A program made the translations under genes and the position numbers. The notes below the pieces were generated by a model. It worked only from the letters and a program-made list of their open reading frames with translations, made no database searches and had not been told where the DNA came from. Below, in pieces: positions 1 to 9,303 of a stretch of DNA of 64,000 nt (its first letter is position 1; each line of letters opens with the position of its first letter). The DNA comes from a virus, in the IMG/VR virus record IMGVR_UViG_3300045988_075599, positions 6,354-70,353 of that record. One strand, written 5' to 3'.

Positions 1-394
1 CAAAACTTGCGGCTATAACAAAGTTACAACCGCGGTCTTTCATCCAGAGAATAAGTTCTCTGCCTTCTTCAGTATTCAGTTTGTGGCAGTTGGTGACGAT
101 GTTATATTCTATACTTATACCGTATTCTTCCATCTGGTCGCACAATAGAACTATCTTCTTTATTAAGTCTGGGTGTAAGAGTGGTTCTCCGCCCTCTATT
201 TCCACAGACAAAGAGTCGTCAAGTATTTGCCTATTGTTTAGGATTGCATAAAGGGATTGTAACTGAGAGCCACTTCCGTCCAATCTCTTTGAGATTTCAC
301 TATTTATTTGCGTACAATATCTGCAATGGCAGTCACAATCAAATCCAGTCGCTACCCGAAGACTCTTTATCTTTTTTATTTTATCCTCTTCCAT
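1..394 (-). CDS. radical SAM enzyme, N-terminal part; the gene runs off the left edge of the window
   Basis: My own translation from ATG 394-392 gives MEEDKIKKIKSLRVATGFDCDCHCRYC...VEIEGGEPLLHPDL. It has a CxxxCxxC cluster motif and a GGEP motif. It is absent from the ORF track because it is truncated. Confidence 0.7.
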   Translation of the reverse strand, partial: MEEDKIKKIKSLRVATGFDCDCHCRYCTQINSEISKRLDGSGSQLQSLYAILNNRQILDDSLSVEIEGGEPLLHPDLIKKIVLLCDQMEEYGISIEYNIVTNCHKLNTEEGRELILWMKDRGCNFVIAASF

Positions 395-626
395 GTTTTT
401 CTACCGAAGACATTAGATAACATGCGATATTATCCATTGCCGTTTTACAACTCTCCCGCGTGTACGGGTCTTTAATTTTATCCATGCTATAGTTTGCCAA
501 CTTCAGAAACAAGATTCCAACATTTTCCGTAAGGACTGCGAGGTCTTTTTCTGATTTGATATTTGCTACATCGTCTTTCTCTAGCACAATGTCATTCTTA
601 TCGGTTACACTAATCTTCATTTTCAA
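381..626 (-). CDS. hypothetical 81-aa protein in the radical SAM cassette
   Basis: ORF track. It overlaps the downstream radical SAM start by 14 nt and the upstream ORF by 17 nt, so it looks translationally coupled. No recognisable motif. Confidence 0.4.
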   Translation of the reverse strand: MKMKISVTDKNDIVLEKDDVANIKSEKDLAVLTENVGILFLKLANYSMDKIKDPYTRESCKTAMDNIACYLMSSVEKHGRG

Positions 627-1266
627 TAGCCCTTACCCTTTCTTTGACAGCTTCAACGGCAGCATTAACCTGTTCGGTTTGCGTTAAAAATTCTTCAATA
701 CTAGAACTATCTTCTTCTGAGATAGGTGGCTCAGCATCGTCTTCGTCCAGAGACATCGCAGCAGCCTGATTGTTTCTGTTAATATAATCATTGAGCAGAA
801 TGGATACAATCTTCCGAAGAGATAACAGCTCGTCTCTCACAGATACAGAACCTTCAATAGCGGCATTAGTCGCCCATGCAGCTCTCTTATCGAGAGACGG
901 TTTGTCTTTGTATCTAAACTCAAAGTTCACCCAATCGGCAGTAAAGTCATTGAAGTTTTTCGCAATCCAAGGAATCGTGTACTCTGGAACCCCTTCTTTG
1001 TTAATCGGCATAAACCTAACGGGGAAGCAGTAGCCTTTTGGATATGGTTCTTTGCCCATCCTCTTCAGCCAAGCCTCGTAGTCCTCGTGTGTTTCAAAAA
1101 ACTTACCCCCGTCATACGGGTAAAACACACTAGTGTTATATTTGTATCTGTCAAAAACGTGTGGGTCAGAAGATTCAAAGAAGTAGTCTGTAAATAATCC
1201 AGGAATATCAGTGCCTCTGTTCATTTTATCTTCTTCGTTCTTGACGCTCGCAAATACGTAAATCAA
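610..1266 (-). CDS. hypothetical protein with an acidic C-terminus, in the radical SAM cassette
   Basis: ORF track. The TTG start overlaps the upstream stop (TTGA). An alternative ATG lies at 1224. No recognisable motif. Confidence 0.45.
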   Translation of the reverse strand: MIYVFASVKNEEDKMNRGTDIPGLFTDYFFESSDPHVFDRYKYNTSVFYPYDGGKFFETHEDYEAWLKRMGKEPYPKGYCFPVRFMPINKEGVPEYTIPWIAKNFNDFTADWVNFEFRYKDKPSLDKRAAWATNAAIEGSVSVRDELLSLRKIVSILLNDYINRNNQAAAMSLDEDDAEPPISEEDSSSIEEFLTQTEQVNAAVEAVKERVRAIENED

Positions 1267-2342
1267 AGTTTAACACCTCTCATTCTTTCGTTCCAGTAGT
1301 CATAAGCCTTGTATTCCTGCTCGGTCATAATTTCTTCATTACATCCGTAATCAAACGTACCATTGATGTCATAGTTAGCGGAGTAGCACAGTGGGAGTTT
1401 TGTATTACCCATCTGTTTGTTGATTCTAATCTGTCCTTCTCTAAATTTTCTAAACAATTCTTCATCTACGCCATGGTCAACATCTCCAATAGAGTATTTG
1501 TGGTTTGTACTTGTGGCGAACCTGTGGCAAGGATATAGCTTACCATCCATACCAAGCGTTACCATGAAAGCACCACTACCACAGTAACCGACTTCCATGT
1601 TTAGAGACTCTTCTTTGATTGGACGTGGGCGACCGATTGGTCTTACTTTTGTATATAACTTCCTATGGAAAACAAAGTCAATGACTTTTCTCAGCTGCCT
1701 GTAATATTCTTCTGCATCTTCTTTTGTCCAATGTTCTTCATAGATTGGATTTGCCCACGGCTGAAATCCTAATTGGATTTGGTTAATCAACATATCCCCA
1801 AGCATTGGCAACGTGTCTCTGTTCATCGTTCCTTTTACCAAGACCTGTGCATATCTATGCCTCCACCACTGTAGGTTCTTTAAGATTTCATCATAAGAGC
1901 CTTTGCCATCTGGGTGGACTCTATTCATGTCATGTGCTTTCTTACATCCATCCAAAGACAATCCAACAGTAATACAAGGATAATCTTCAAGAAACTTCTT
2001 TACTTTCGGAATAGAGAATAATGTTCCGTTGGATGTTGTAAAGCACTGGAACCTGTGTTCTGTAATCCATGGATGTTTAAGTCTTGTCCCGACTTCAACA
2101 AACTTATTGATGGCGTGTGCCATCAAGTCCGTTTCCAGTAACGCTTCTCCACCAATAAAATCCAAGATAATGCTATCAAACTTAGAGTACCTTTTATCAG
2201 AATATAAGATATCAATGAACTTATCAATGTTGTCTACAGTATTCTTGTTGTACTGCTTGTTAGCCTCATAGCAATATTTGCACGCAAGGTTACATTTATC
2301 CGTAATAAAAATTGTTGCCGTTAAAGGAATACTTCTTTTCAC
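1263..2342 (-). CDS. radical SAM enzyme with a SPASM/twitch-like C-terminal domain (anSME / peptide-maturase-like)
   Basis: CNLACKYC (CxxxCxxC) at residues 17-24; GGEALL. The C-terminal CGSGAFMVTLGMDGKLYPC fits the C-x12-G-x4-C SPASM signature. The GTG start overlaps the tail-fibre stop. Confidence 0.8.
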   Translation of the reverse strand: MKRSIPLTATIFITDKCNLACKYCYEANKQYNKNTVDNIDKFIDILYSDKRYSKFDSIILDFIGGEALLETDLMAHAINKFVEVGTRLKHPWITEHRFQCFTTSNGTLFSIPKVKKFLEDYPCITVGLSLDGCKKAHDMNRVHPDGKGSYDEILKNLQWWRHRYAQVLVKGTMNRDTLPMLGDMLINQIQLGFQPWANPIYEEHWTKEDAEEYYRQLRKVIDFVFHRKLYTKVRPIGRPRPIKEESLNMEVGYCGSGAFMVTLGMDGKLYPCHRFATSTNHKYSIGDVDHGVDEELFRKFREGQIRINKQMGNTKLPLCYSANYDINGTFDYGCNEEIMTEQEYKAYDYWNERMRGVKL

Positions 2343-4150
2343 TATCTCACCAGCACTTTCACAAACCCATTGTTCTTCTTTTCAATAACAATCCCGACAG
2401 CCTTGTCAGACCAATCTCTTACGGAAATGCCAACACCAGGTTTGCCAGACGGAACTATATATGAACCAAGGCAAGGGTCATCCAAAACTTTAACAGACAC
2501 ACGCCCAACAAGACATACTGGAATAAACCTCTTCATATTATGCTCTACATAGTTTTTTGATGGTTCACCTCCGATTATATGTGCGTAATCACCAGAGACA
2601 ATACCAGCGATTACTTTATCATCAAGCGTAGCTTTTCTGTACCTACCAGTGGTAAGGTCTAATGCAACAATATCGCCAACATCAGCGTCATCGCCTCGCT
2701 CAAACCACTCTGCGTAGTCGTTATATACAGCGTTAAACACCTTAGCTCCGACAACATTGCCACTAGCAGAAATACCACCAGTTACCTGAACATCATTCGC
2801 GGTAAACAAGTTTGAGTCCAGCGTGTTCGTCTCGAACGACCCTGTTGTGATGGAGATTGCATTAACTTCACTTGCTGTAATATTTGTTGCAGAGCACTCT
2901 GACGTATTTACGGAAGTGGAATCGAGCGTACTGGTAGAAACTTTTTCTGTGGAAATGTTACCGTCGATAGTAATCTCATGAGTGGTAATCTTTCTTGCAG
3001 AAAGATTTTGTGTTGACACATCGTTAGATGTAAGAGTTTTAGAGCAAATATTGTTAGCGTGCAAGTCAATACAAGTAGATAGTCCAGAAAATCTATCATT
3101 TACAACAGAGATATTTACGGTATCAGACTGCTTAGATTCGCCAAGTACATCAAAATACTTGAGGTAAACAGAGAGTGTACTATCCGTTGTATAGTATACG
3201 AACTTATCTACAGACGCTCCTACAGAAAACTTCTCTTTGTTGATATAAATATTTGTACCGTTACCGTACTTTGGAGACTTGAACGACAGTTCAACACAAT
3301 ACCTATCATCGTTTTCATTTTTTGTAACTGTGTAAGTTGGAGCTCCTGGTGTAGCTAGTTCTGGGAACGAATATGTAGACGAAGATTCAGAAGAGTATTT
3401 CTTACTAACACCATAGTTCGCCCCGTAAATAGTACCAGTTCTATTCTGTGGTACATACAGGTACGAATAGCCTCTGGACTTAACAATTAAGCCAGAGTCA
3501 GAACCAAAGTTATTGTCATCATCTCTGATTTCAGTATAGATGTAGTATGGACTAGATTGCTGACCCCACTCGATTACAAGTCCATCGGCAGTGGCCGTTG
3601 TTGTCAAATACGCAAGTGGAGTTGTTGCTCTAACTTGAATTGGAATATACATGACATCGAAAGGAGCTTTGCTTTCGTCAGACCTGTTACCATCATCGGT
3701 CACACCAATAACAGAAGCTCTATAAGAATAGCCACTAAGCACATTCTCGATGGTCAAACTAAAAGCGCCGTTGGCAGATTTGTAAATCTTAGAACCAATT
3801 TGGTTCCAGTCTACATTCTGAGAACCTCTAGTTACAGATTGCTGTAAAGTGACAATCGCGTAACTGTATATACGGGAGCCGTTAAACGTACCTTTATCCC
3901 ATGTTAGCACAAGATTATACTGGTCGTTGTCTAGCTCATACCTCATAGAGAAGTTGCCCAACTGGTTACTAATAGTACCAGCAGTTCCTTGAGAGCCGTT
4001 ACCACCACCACCGCTACCTGTGCCAGCGTATGTTGCGATATAGTCAAGGGTTTTTCTCACCGCATCGGAAAACTTACGTCCATCGCCCTGGCTATCTGTA
4101 GGGATAGATGCGACTAGCTGTGCGGCTTGTTTGTTAAAATCTGTAGCCAT
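2342..4150 (-). CDS. tail fibre/spike protein with a Peptidase_G2-like C-terminal (intramolecular chaperone type) domain
   Basis: Gly-rich linker GSGGGGNGSQG, then beta-rich FN3-like repeats. The C-terminal NDYAEWFERGDD...GDIVAL...AGIVSG...VGRVSVKV resembles the DYAExFEW domain of phi29 gp12-type appendages (recognised from memory). Confidence 0.55.
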   Translation of the reverse strand: MATDFNKQAAQLVASIPTDSQGDGRKFSDAVRKTLDYIATYAGTGSGGGGNGSQGTAGTISNQLGNFSMRYELDNDQYNLVLTWDKGTFNGSRIYSYAIVTLQQSVTRGSQNVDWNQIGSKIYKSANGAFSLTIENVLSGYSYRASVIGVTDDGNRSDESKAPFDVMYIPIQVRATTPLAYLTTTATADGLVIEWGQQSSPYYIYTEIRDDDNNFGSDSGLIVKSRGYSYLYVPQNRTGTIYGANYGVSKKYSSESSSTYSFPELATPGAPTYTVTKNENDDRYCVELSFKSPKYGNGTNIYINKEKFSVGASVDKFVYYTTDSTLSVYLKYFDVLGESKQSDTVNISVVNDRFSGLSTCIDLHANNICSKTLTSNDVSTQNLSARKITTHEITIDGNISTEKVSTSTLDSTSVNTSECSATNITASEVNAISITTGSFETNTLDSNLFTANDVQVTGGISASGNVVGAKVFNAVYNDYAEWFERGDDADVGDIVALDLTTGRYRKATLDDKVIAGIVSGDYAHIIGGEPSKNYVEHNMKRFIPVCLVGRVSVKVLDDPCLGSYIVPSGKPGVGISVRDWSDKAVGIVIEKKNNGFVKVLVR

Positions 4151-4158
4151 TTCTCACC

Positions 4159-4665
4159 TCACGTAGGAAGCATCTTACCAATGCTAGTAGCGAAATCCAT
4201 TTCAGAACCCATGTCGAACCCATGGTTTTGCATAGCCAAAGAAATAACAATCTGGGCAAGCAGATTTACTAAGGCAGGTTTCATAAAATGAGAGCCTGGC
4301 AGTAATTCATCGGACAGCTCACCTACTCTTGGTGGCTGCTTCCAATACCTAAAAGTGCATGGCAAATCCCCATAACACACAACCTTATCTCCATCCCTAT
4401 ATACTGGCGGTACACCTGTTGGAGTCCCATAATCTTTTGGAATGTATTCCTCTTTGCTATCCATCGTAAGCCAGCCAGCGGCTTCGTCATAATCTTTTTG
4501 AATCATGACTTGCCATACCATATTGATTGCATCATTGATATAGGCAATCAATTCTTGGTCTGTGTATGCAATTTCAGAGGCATCAGCAATTCTTTCTTTA
4601 ATCGCGAATCTCTGAATAAACTTTTCGACGGTCATGTTCTGAAGATAGTCTGGTTTCTCAGCCAT
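4159..4665 (-). CDS. head-tail adaptor/connector-like protein, paralog 3
   Basis: Position between capsid and tail fibre. Shares the motif YTDQELIAYINDAINMV with the two upstream ORFs. Confidence 0.35.
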   Translation of the reverse strand: MAEKPDYLQNMTVEKFIQRFAIKERIADASEIAYTDQELIAYINDAINMVWQVMIQKDYDEAAGWLTMDSKEEYIPKDYGTPTGVPPVYRDGDKVVCYGDLPCTFRYWKQPPRVGELSDELLPGSHFMKPALVNLLAQIVISLAMQNHGFDMGSEMDFATSIGKMLPT

Positions 4666-5123
4666 TAGCTACCAGCCCCCTGTCCCTGTTGCACTTGCTG
4701 CCCTTGCATGGGGTCTGCCTCAAGGACAGTGGCATCAATAAGGCGTTTAAGCTGCCAATCTCTATAGAACTGAACTTTGTCTGTCAGAAGCTTAATCTTC
4801 GGACGCATAGCGAAATATCGAACAATCATAGGGCATGGATACTCTTGGTCTAACAATTCCATATTTACCGTCTCCCCTTCTTCAGTAAAGGCGATAGGGT
4901 ACTGTCCTACAAACTCAATAAAATCACTTGGGCGCTCCATTGTCTGTCCAGCTTCAATCTGAAACTCTTTAACAAATTCTGGAGTTTTACTATCCGAACA
5001 TTCAAGAGACACCGTATCAATGGCGTTGTTAAGGCAATAGATGAGTTCTTCGTCAGAGTATTTCAACTTAGACATATCGTTAAGTTTCTGACGTACCTTA
5101 ATCAGTAGTTGGTTTACTGTCAT
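4665..5123 (-). CDS. head-tail adaptor/connector-like protein, paralog 2
   Basis: Motif YSDEELIYCLNNAIDTV. TAATG overlap with the next gene. Confidence 0.35.
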   Translation of the reverse strand: MTVNQLLIKVRQKLNDMSKLKYSDEELIYCLNNAIDTVSLECSDSKTPEFVKEFQIEAGQTMERPSDFIEFVGQYPIAFTEEGETVNMELLDQEYPCPMIVRYFAMRPKIKLLTDKVQFYRDWQLKRLIDATVLEADPMQGQQVQQGQGAGS

Positions 5124-5135
5124 TCAATCACCCCT

Positions 5136-5669
5136 TTACAAATAGAATGGAAGTTCTCTTGTGATTTCATAGTCATTGGCTTGGCTATTAGTCTCAGCGG
5201 CAACGGCATTAGCGATGTCATCGTCGGAGATAGAGCCATTGATATAGCCAATACATAATCTAACCAAGAGAAGATAAAAGAAATAAGGAAGTTCAATGAT
5301 TTCATCCAAGTGATGAATCAATGGGACATGTCTAAAATAAATCATAGTGTCATCGGTGTCGGTATAAATCTTTGTACCACGGATGTGCCACTTAATCTTC
5401 TTACGTTCACCTTCCGACAGCTCTTCATCAGACAGCCACCCAGAGAAGTTGATATAATCGTCTGGTAACTCTACGCCATACTTACGTGCTTTAACGGTTA
5501 CTTCCTTTTTAACATACGGAGAGTCAAGCCGAACAAGTTCAAGATTCACATATGTTAGTACATGGTTAATAGCTGTCACAAGTTCTTCATCAGAGTGACT
5601 ACGATTATACAATTCGTTGAGTCCCATCAGGATGTCATTGGACAACCTTCTTGCACGAATGTACTCCAT
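5136..5669 (-). CDS. head-tail adaptor/connector-like protein, paralog 1
   Basis: Motif HSDEELVTAINHVLTYV. SD AAGGAGG upstream. Confidence 0.35.
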   Translation of the reverse strand: MEYIRARRLSNDILMGLNELYNRSHSDEELVTAINHVLTYVNLELVRLDSPYVKKEVTVKARKYGVELPDDYINFSGWLSDEELSEGERKKIKWHIRGTKIYTDTDDTMIYFRHVPLIHHLDEIIELPYFFYLLLVRLCIGYINGSISDDDIANAVAAETNSQANDYEITRELPFYL

Positions 5670-5678
5670 AATTCCTCC

Positions 5679-5991
5679 TTACATGTGGTCAACTGTCATA
5701 AACTCTGGGTTGTCCTTCAGCCACTGTTTGATATATTTGTTGAAGCTCTCGTGGTCGCCACACGCCATAGCTTCTTTAGCACACTGGAGTGTAAGCTCCG
5801 TCGGGTCGTTCCAGCATTCATAAGGGATACGCCCCAGCCTTCGACCACCTTTGTGCTTCCCGAGATACGGGTCTTTCTTTCTATCCTCGTAGCAGGAACG
5901 CATAATATCAGTTGCATCCCAAGTATTAGTCAGTGACCAGTTACCGTGTTTATCGACATCAACGTCTTGTCTTACAATGTTATTACTCATG
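5679..5991 (-). CDS. hypothetical virion-module protein
   Basis: ORF track 5679..6038, trimmed to the ATG at 5991 preceded by AAAGGAGATAAC. The longer N-terminus would cover the capsid terminator. Confidence 0.5.
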
Positions 5992-6010
5992 TTATCTCCT
6001 TTTGATATAA

Positions 6011-6036
6011 GAAAAAAGGGGAGCCATAGGCTCCCC
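6011..6036 (-). terminator. rho-independent terminator after the major capsid gene
   Basis: Minus strand reads GGGGAGCC-tat-GGCTCCCC followed by TTTTTTC, 24 nt after the capsid stop. Confidence 0.75.
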
Positions 6037-6059
6037 AATCTTCTACACGAGAACCTCCG

Positions 6060-7022
6060 TTACGGTGCAACGGTTGGAGTAATAGTCTCCACAACAACTG
6101 GTTTCGGATTAACCTTACCAGTCAGGTTCTTAATACGAGCGTTAGCATTCGGTGCGGTGCATTCGATAGATGCTACGCCAGTGATTACCTTTTCCTTGTA
6201 AGTACCGACTCTCGGCGGTTCTTCAGTATGGAACGGAATAAGGTAGCCAAGTTTCCAATACTGCGGGTCGAGCAGGTCAACCACATCGTCAGAGTACATA
6301 CGATGGGCTTCCAGACGAAGAGAACCAAAGTCAGTCTCGATGATTTCGAGAGAGGTGGTAATACTCTTGTCACCTGCCTGACGAATCGGCAGTGCACCCT
6401 GAGTGAAATCAGCGCATCCGCGTTTGTTACGTGCGGACATAATAGCGACGGTCGGGTCGCCACCACGCTGCCAAGTCAGCTGCATTGCATCGTTCAGAAG
6501 GTCGAACGTAAGGTTGCCCTTAGCGACATCCTTTGCTGCATCAATGCAGTTCTGGAAGGTGAGGGAAGTCATCGCACTCTCTTCAACCTTACCTTCACCA
6601 GAGGAGACACCATGACCATTCGCGTCATACTTGACGGAGTTCATAGCACCTTCTGGACTATCGTACAGGTAGAACGTATTAGCGTCCTTAACTGCTACGT
6701 AGTAGGCAACGTTTTCTTTACATTCGGTACCACCACGAACAATGAGGGCATCGCCGTTTACAAAGCCGTGGTCGTTCAGAGTGAACACACCAGCAGCTAC
6801 GGAAGCACCTTTCAGTTCATCTTCAAGGAAGTACGGGATACCACCGAAAGTACCAGCAACGTTTTCAGACATCGGGGTTGCAGTGGTGTTGTTGACGATA
6901 GCGTATTCAAGGTCTCCTGCGATTTCCTTACCAGCCTTAACGAACTGGTACGCTACTTCATCACGAACGCCGTACTTCTTGATAGCCTGAGTGATATCAG
7001 AGATGTTATCATTTGTGTTAGC
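6060..7022 (-). CDS. major capsid protein, exon 2 (5' boundary approximate)
   Basis: The 270-aa ORF stays open 50 codons upstream of its first Met (ANTNDNISDITQAIKKYGVRDEVAYQFVKAGKEIAGDLEYAIVNN...) with no start codon or SD. HK97-fold capsid-like sequence. Lies between the scaffold gene and a terminator. Confidence 0.7.
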   Translation of the reverse strand, partial: ANTNDNISDITQAIKKYGVRDEVAYQFVKAGKEIAGDLEYAIVNNTTATPMSENVAGTFGGIPYFLEDELKGASVAAGVFTLNDHGFVNGDALIVRGGTECKENVAYYVAVKDANTFYLYDSPEGAMNSVKYDANGHGVSSGEGKVEESAMTSLTFQNCIDAAKDVAKGNLTFDLLNDAMQLTWQRGGDPTVAIMSARNKRGCADFTQGALPIRQAGDKSITTSLEIIETDFGSLRLEAHRMYSDDVVDLLDPQYWKLGYLIPFHTEEPPRVGTYKEKVITGVASIECTAPNANARIKNLTGKVNPKPVVVETITPTVAP

Positions 7023-7778
7023 TCATACTTTCATATGAGATCAGACTATATTATACTTAATCGGTGTTATCGTATAGTCGTTGGGATTTCATACGCTTTT
7101 CACGGTAATTATTTAACCTTTTCTGTTTGCGAACAATATTAAACTTTAGACCAGATTCTATAAATGACTTTAGGTTCATAGTGAAACTCAGTTGTACTTT
7201 GTTTTTGGTTTGTATTTCTCTTGTCTTTCCACACGACACACCAAAGGACTGTAGCATCCTTTTTATGTCATATGTCCAAGAGTATGTAGTTCCGTACCCC
7301 ATCATCCAATTTGTATTACCATTTGGATTGGAACGTTGCGAGACCCAACCATCAGAATCAAGTACGCCTTCTAAGAACTCTTTCTTTAACTCCTTGCTCC
7401 ATTGATACACATAATCTGGGATGTATCTACATCCAGCAGTGTCGTCAACGAATACCTTAAATTCTTTAGAACATACTTGAAGGTAGTATTTATTAGTCCC
7501 TGCTCTTTGGTGGACTCTCACATCTCTATTGATAAAACATGATAGGTAATCAGCAACTTTATCAATAAACTCTTTATCAATACATTCAAATGAGTATGCG
7601 TAGGTGCTTCCTCTTTTGAAAACACTAGCATCTCCAAAGTAACAACCAAGTAAATAAGCGTATGTCTTATCTGCGGGTTTCCTATTCATAATACATATCC
7701 TTTCTATTTTTACACTTTGGTAAGAAAGACTTTAAGGGTTTCCTGCATATGGATAACTTTGAGACGGGCAAACATTTA
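7023..7778 (-). mobile_element. intervening sequence (probable group I intron) in the major capsid gene; boundaries accurate to about 20 nt
   Basis: It separates two capsid ORF fragments in different frames and carries its own SD-led homing endonuclease ORF. Confidence 0.6.
7057..7689 (-). CDS. LAGLIDADG homing endonuclease (two-motif, monomeric type)
   Basis: Motifs YLLGCYFGDAS and EFLEGVLDSDGW about 100 aa apart. Own start with AGAAAGGA upstream. Confidence 0.85.
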   Translation of the reverse strand: MNRKPADKTYAYLLGCYFGDASVFKRGSTYAYSFECIDKEFIDKVADYLSCFINRDVRVHQRAGTNKYYLQVCSKEFKVFVDDTAGCRYIPDYVYQWSKELKKEFLEGVLDSDGWVSQRSNPNGNTNWMMGYGTTYSWTYDIKRMLQSFGVSCGKTREIQTKNKVQLSFTMNLKSFIESGLKFNIVRKQKRLNNYREKRMKSQRLYDNTD

Positions 7779-8084
7779 CCCGTGCATGAACTGCTGAACG
7801 GTATTGTACATCCAACGTCTCGGCACGGTTTCCGTGGTATCGAAGTTGATAACTTCAGGATGTTTGTTTACCATTGCCGGACGGAGGGAGTCTCTCAGCC
7901 ATTCATGTTTGGTGGATACTACAGACGTTTTACCAAACATCTGAGTAAGTTTAGTTTTATCTGGGTCGAGGTTGGTAATGAAATCGGACATATCTCTAAC
8001 AGTACCAACGACGTTATAAGAGCGAAGGGCAGAACCTTTATTATGCGGGGCTGCTGCACCTGTAGCTGGCATACCTACTGCCAT
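7779..8084 (-). CDS. major capsid protein, exon 1 (3' boundary approximate)
   Basis: MAVGMPATG...FITNLDPDKTKLTQMFGKTSVVSTKHEWLRDSL...RRWMYNTVQQF resembles the N-terminus of SU10/P22-type capsid proteins (xxHEWxxDxL). The frame ends at a TAA at 7776. Confidence 0.7.
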
Positions 8085-8107
8085 TGAGTTATTACCTCTC
8101 TTTCAAT

Positions 8108-9188
8108 TTATACGCCAAGCTCTTTCGCAAACCTAGATACGTATGCCGCCTGTTGGTCATTAGTCATCTGACCAAGCGCAGCGTAGTCCATTGTTTTCTG
8201 TGCCTGTGGCATTGCACCACGGTTATTTGTCGGTTCGACATACGGTGGACGTACCTGCGGCTGGACAGGCCGAGGCATAGGCTGCGGAGCTTGCTGTGGC
8301 TGGTTGCCACGATGATAATACATATTCGATACGGCCTGCATATAATTGTCAAGCACTTCCGCGTTACCAGTCTTGAGAGCGTCCTGTACTTCCACGTACA
8401 TTTTGTACGGGAGATTCTGGAGGCTACTTAGAGCAAGCTGGTTAATTGTGTCGAAGTTGGGGTCTTGTCTATACTTAGCAGTAACCGATGCAATTCTCTG
8501 AGAAGCAGCTGCCTTTTCAGCTTCCTGCTGCTTCATCTCATTAACCCTCTGGAGGGTGGCTGCTTTGACATTACCAACTTCGTTGACATATGCTGCCATA
8601 TGTTTACTGTTGTACTCGTCAAAATCTTCACCAAAGAGCTGTTTAACTCGGTCTTTGCAATACGTATCAACCTGGTCGAGGTATGCTCTCTGGTCAGCCA
8701 TAGCGCGCTGCTGTACTTCTTCTGGGGACATCTGCGGCTGCTGGGGCTGAACATTCTGGGGTTGAGGGTTGTTCGCAAACTGCTGCATCATCATCTGTCG
8801 CTGCTGTTCGAGAGCCTGACGCTGAGCTGCGAGTTCCTGTGTCTTCCTAGTATAATCAGCCTGTCGCATATAACCATTACGCATTTCATCCATAGAAACC
8901 TGTACGTCCTGTCCATCTACGCGGACAGTCTGCAGTTCTGGCTGTGGTACATTCTGCGGCGGTTCTGGGACGGGTTCTGGTTCATCATCATAATCGCCCA
9001 TTGGCTCTCCAAAGAAAGCATCAGCGAAAGTGATGTCACCATTATCGTCAATACCAAATGCAGGTTCGTCAGCGTCATCGCCCTGTGGTGCAGTCTGCAC
9101 GTCTGGATTATCTACTGGTGCAGGTGTTGCAGGAATAGGTTCCTGAGCTGGTTCTGGCATTGGTATTCCGTTCTGCATATCTTCCATA
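8108..9188 (-). CDS. scaffolding protein (Q/P/E-rich, helical)
   Basis: ORF trimmed to the ATG at 9188 (AAAAGGAGGACTTT upstream). Low-complexity Q/P/E-rich sequence directly upstream of the capsid gene. Confidence 0.55.
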
Positions 9189-9303
9189 AAGTCCTCCTTT
9201 TGCACTCCGTAAAGGTTGGTGCAATAAAATATATATACGTCAATAGCCATGCAAAATTTGTTCGTTAAATAACGAGGTTTTGCACGGTTTTGACGAAAAC
9301 TAA

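Noticed and set aside
2342-4150. Diversity-generating retroelement targeting the tail fibre
   Set aside because: There is no reverse transcriptase ORF in the window, and I saw no template/variable repeat pair.
6228-7142. 304-aa plus-strand ORF, together with similar long antisense ORFs such as 8465..9268, 9498..10073, 56616..57635 and 60616..61302
   Set aside because: They lie antisense to well-supported capsid, scaffold, head, ejection and endolysin genes. They lack SD sites and have an unnatural Cys/Arg/Ser-rich or repetitive hydrophobic composition. I treat them as shadow ORFs.
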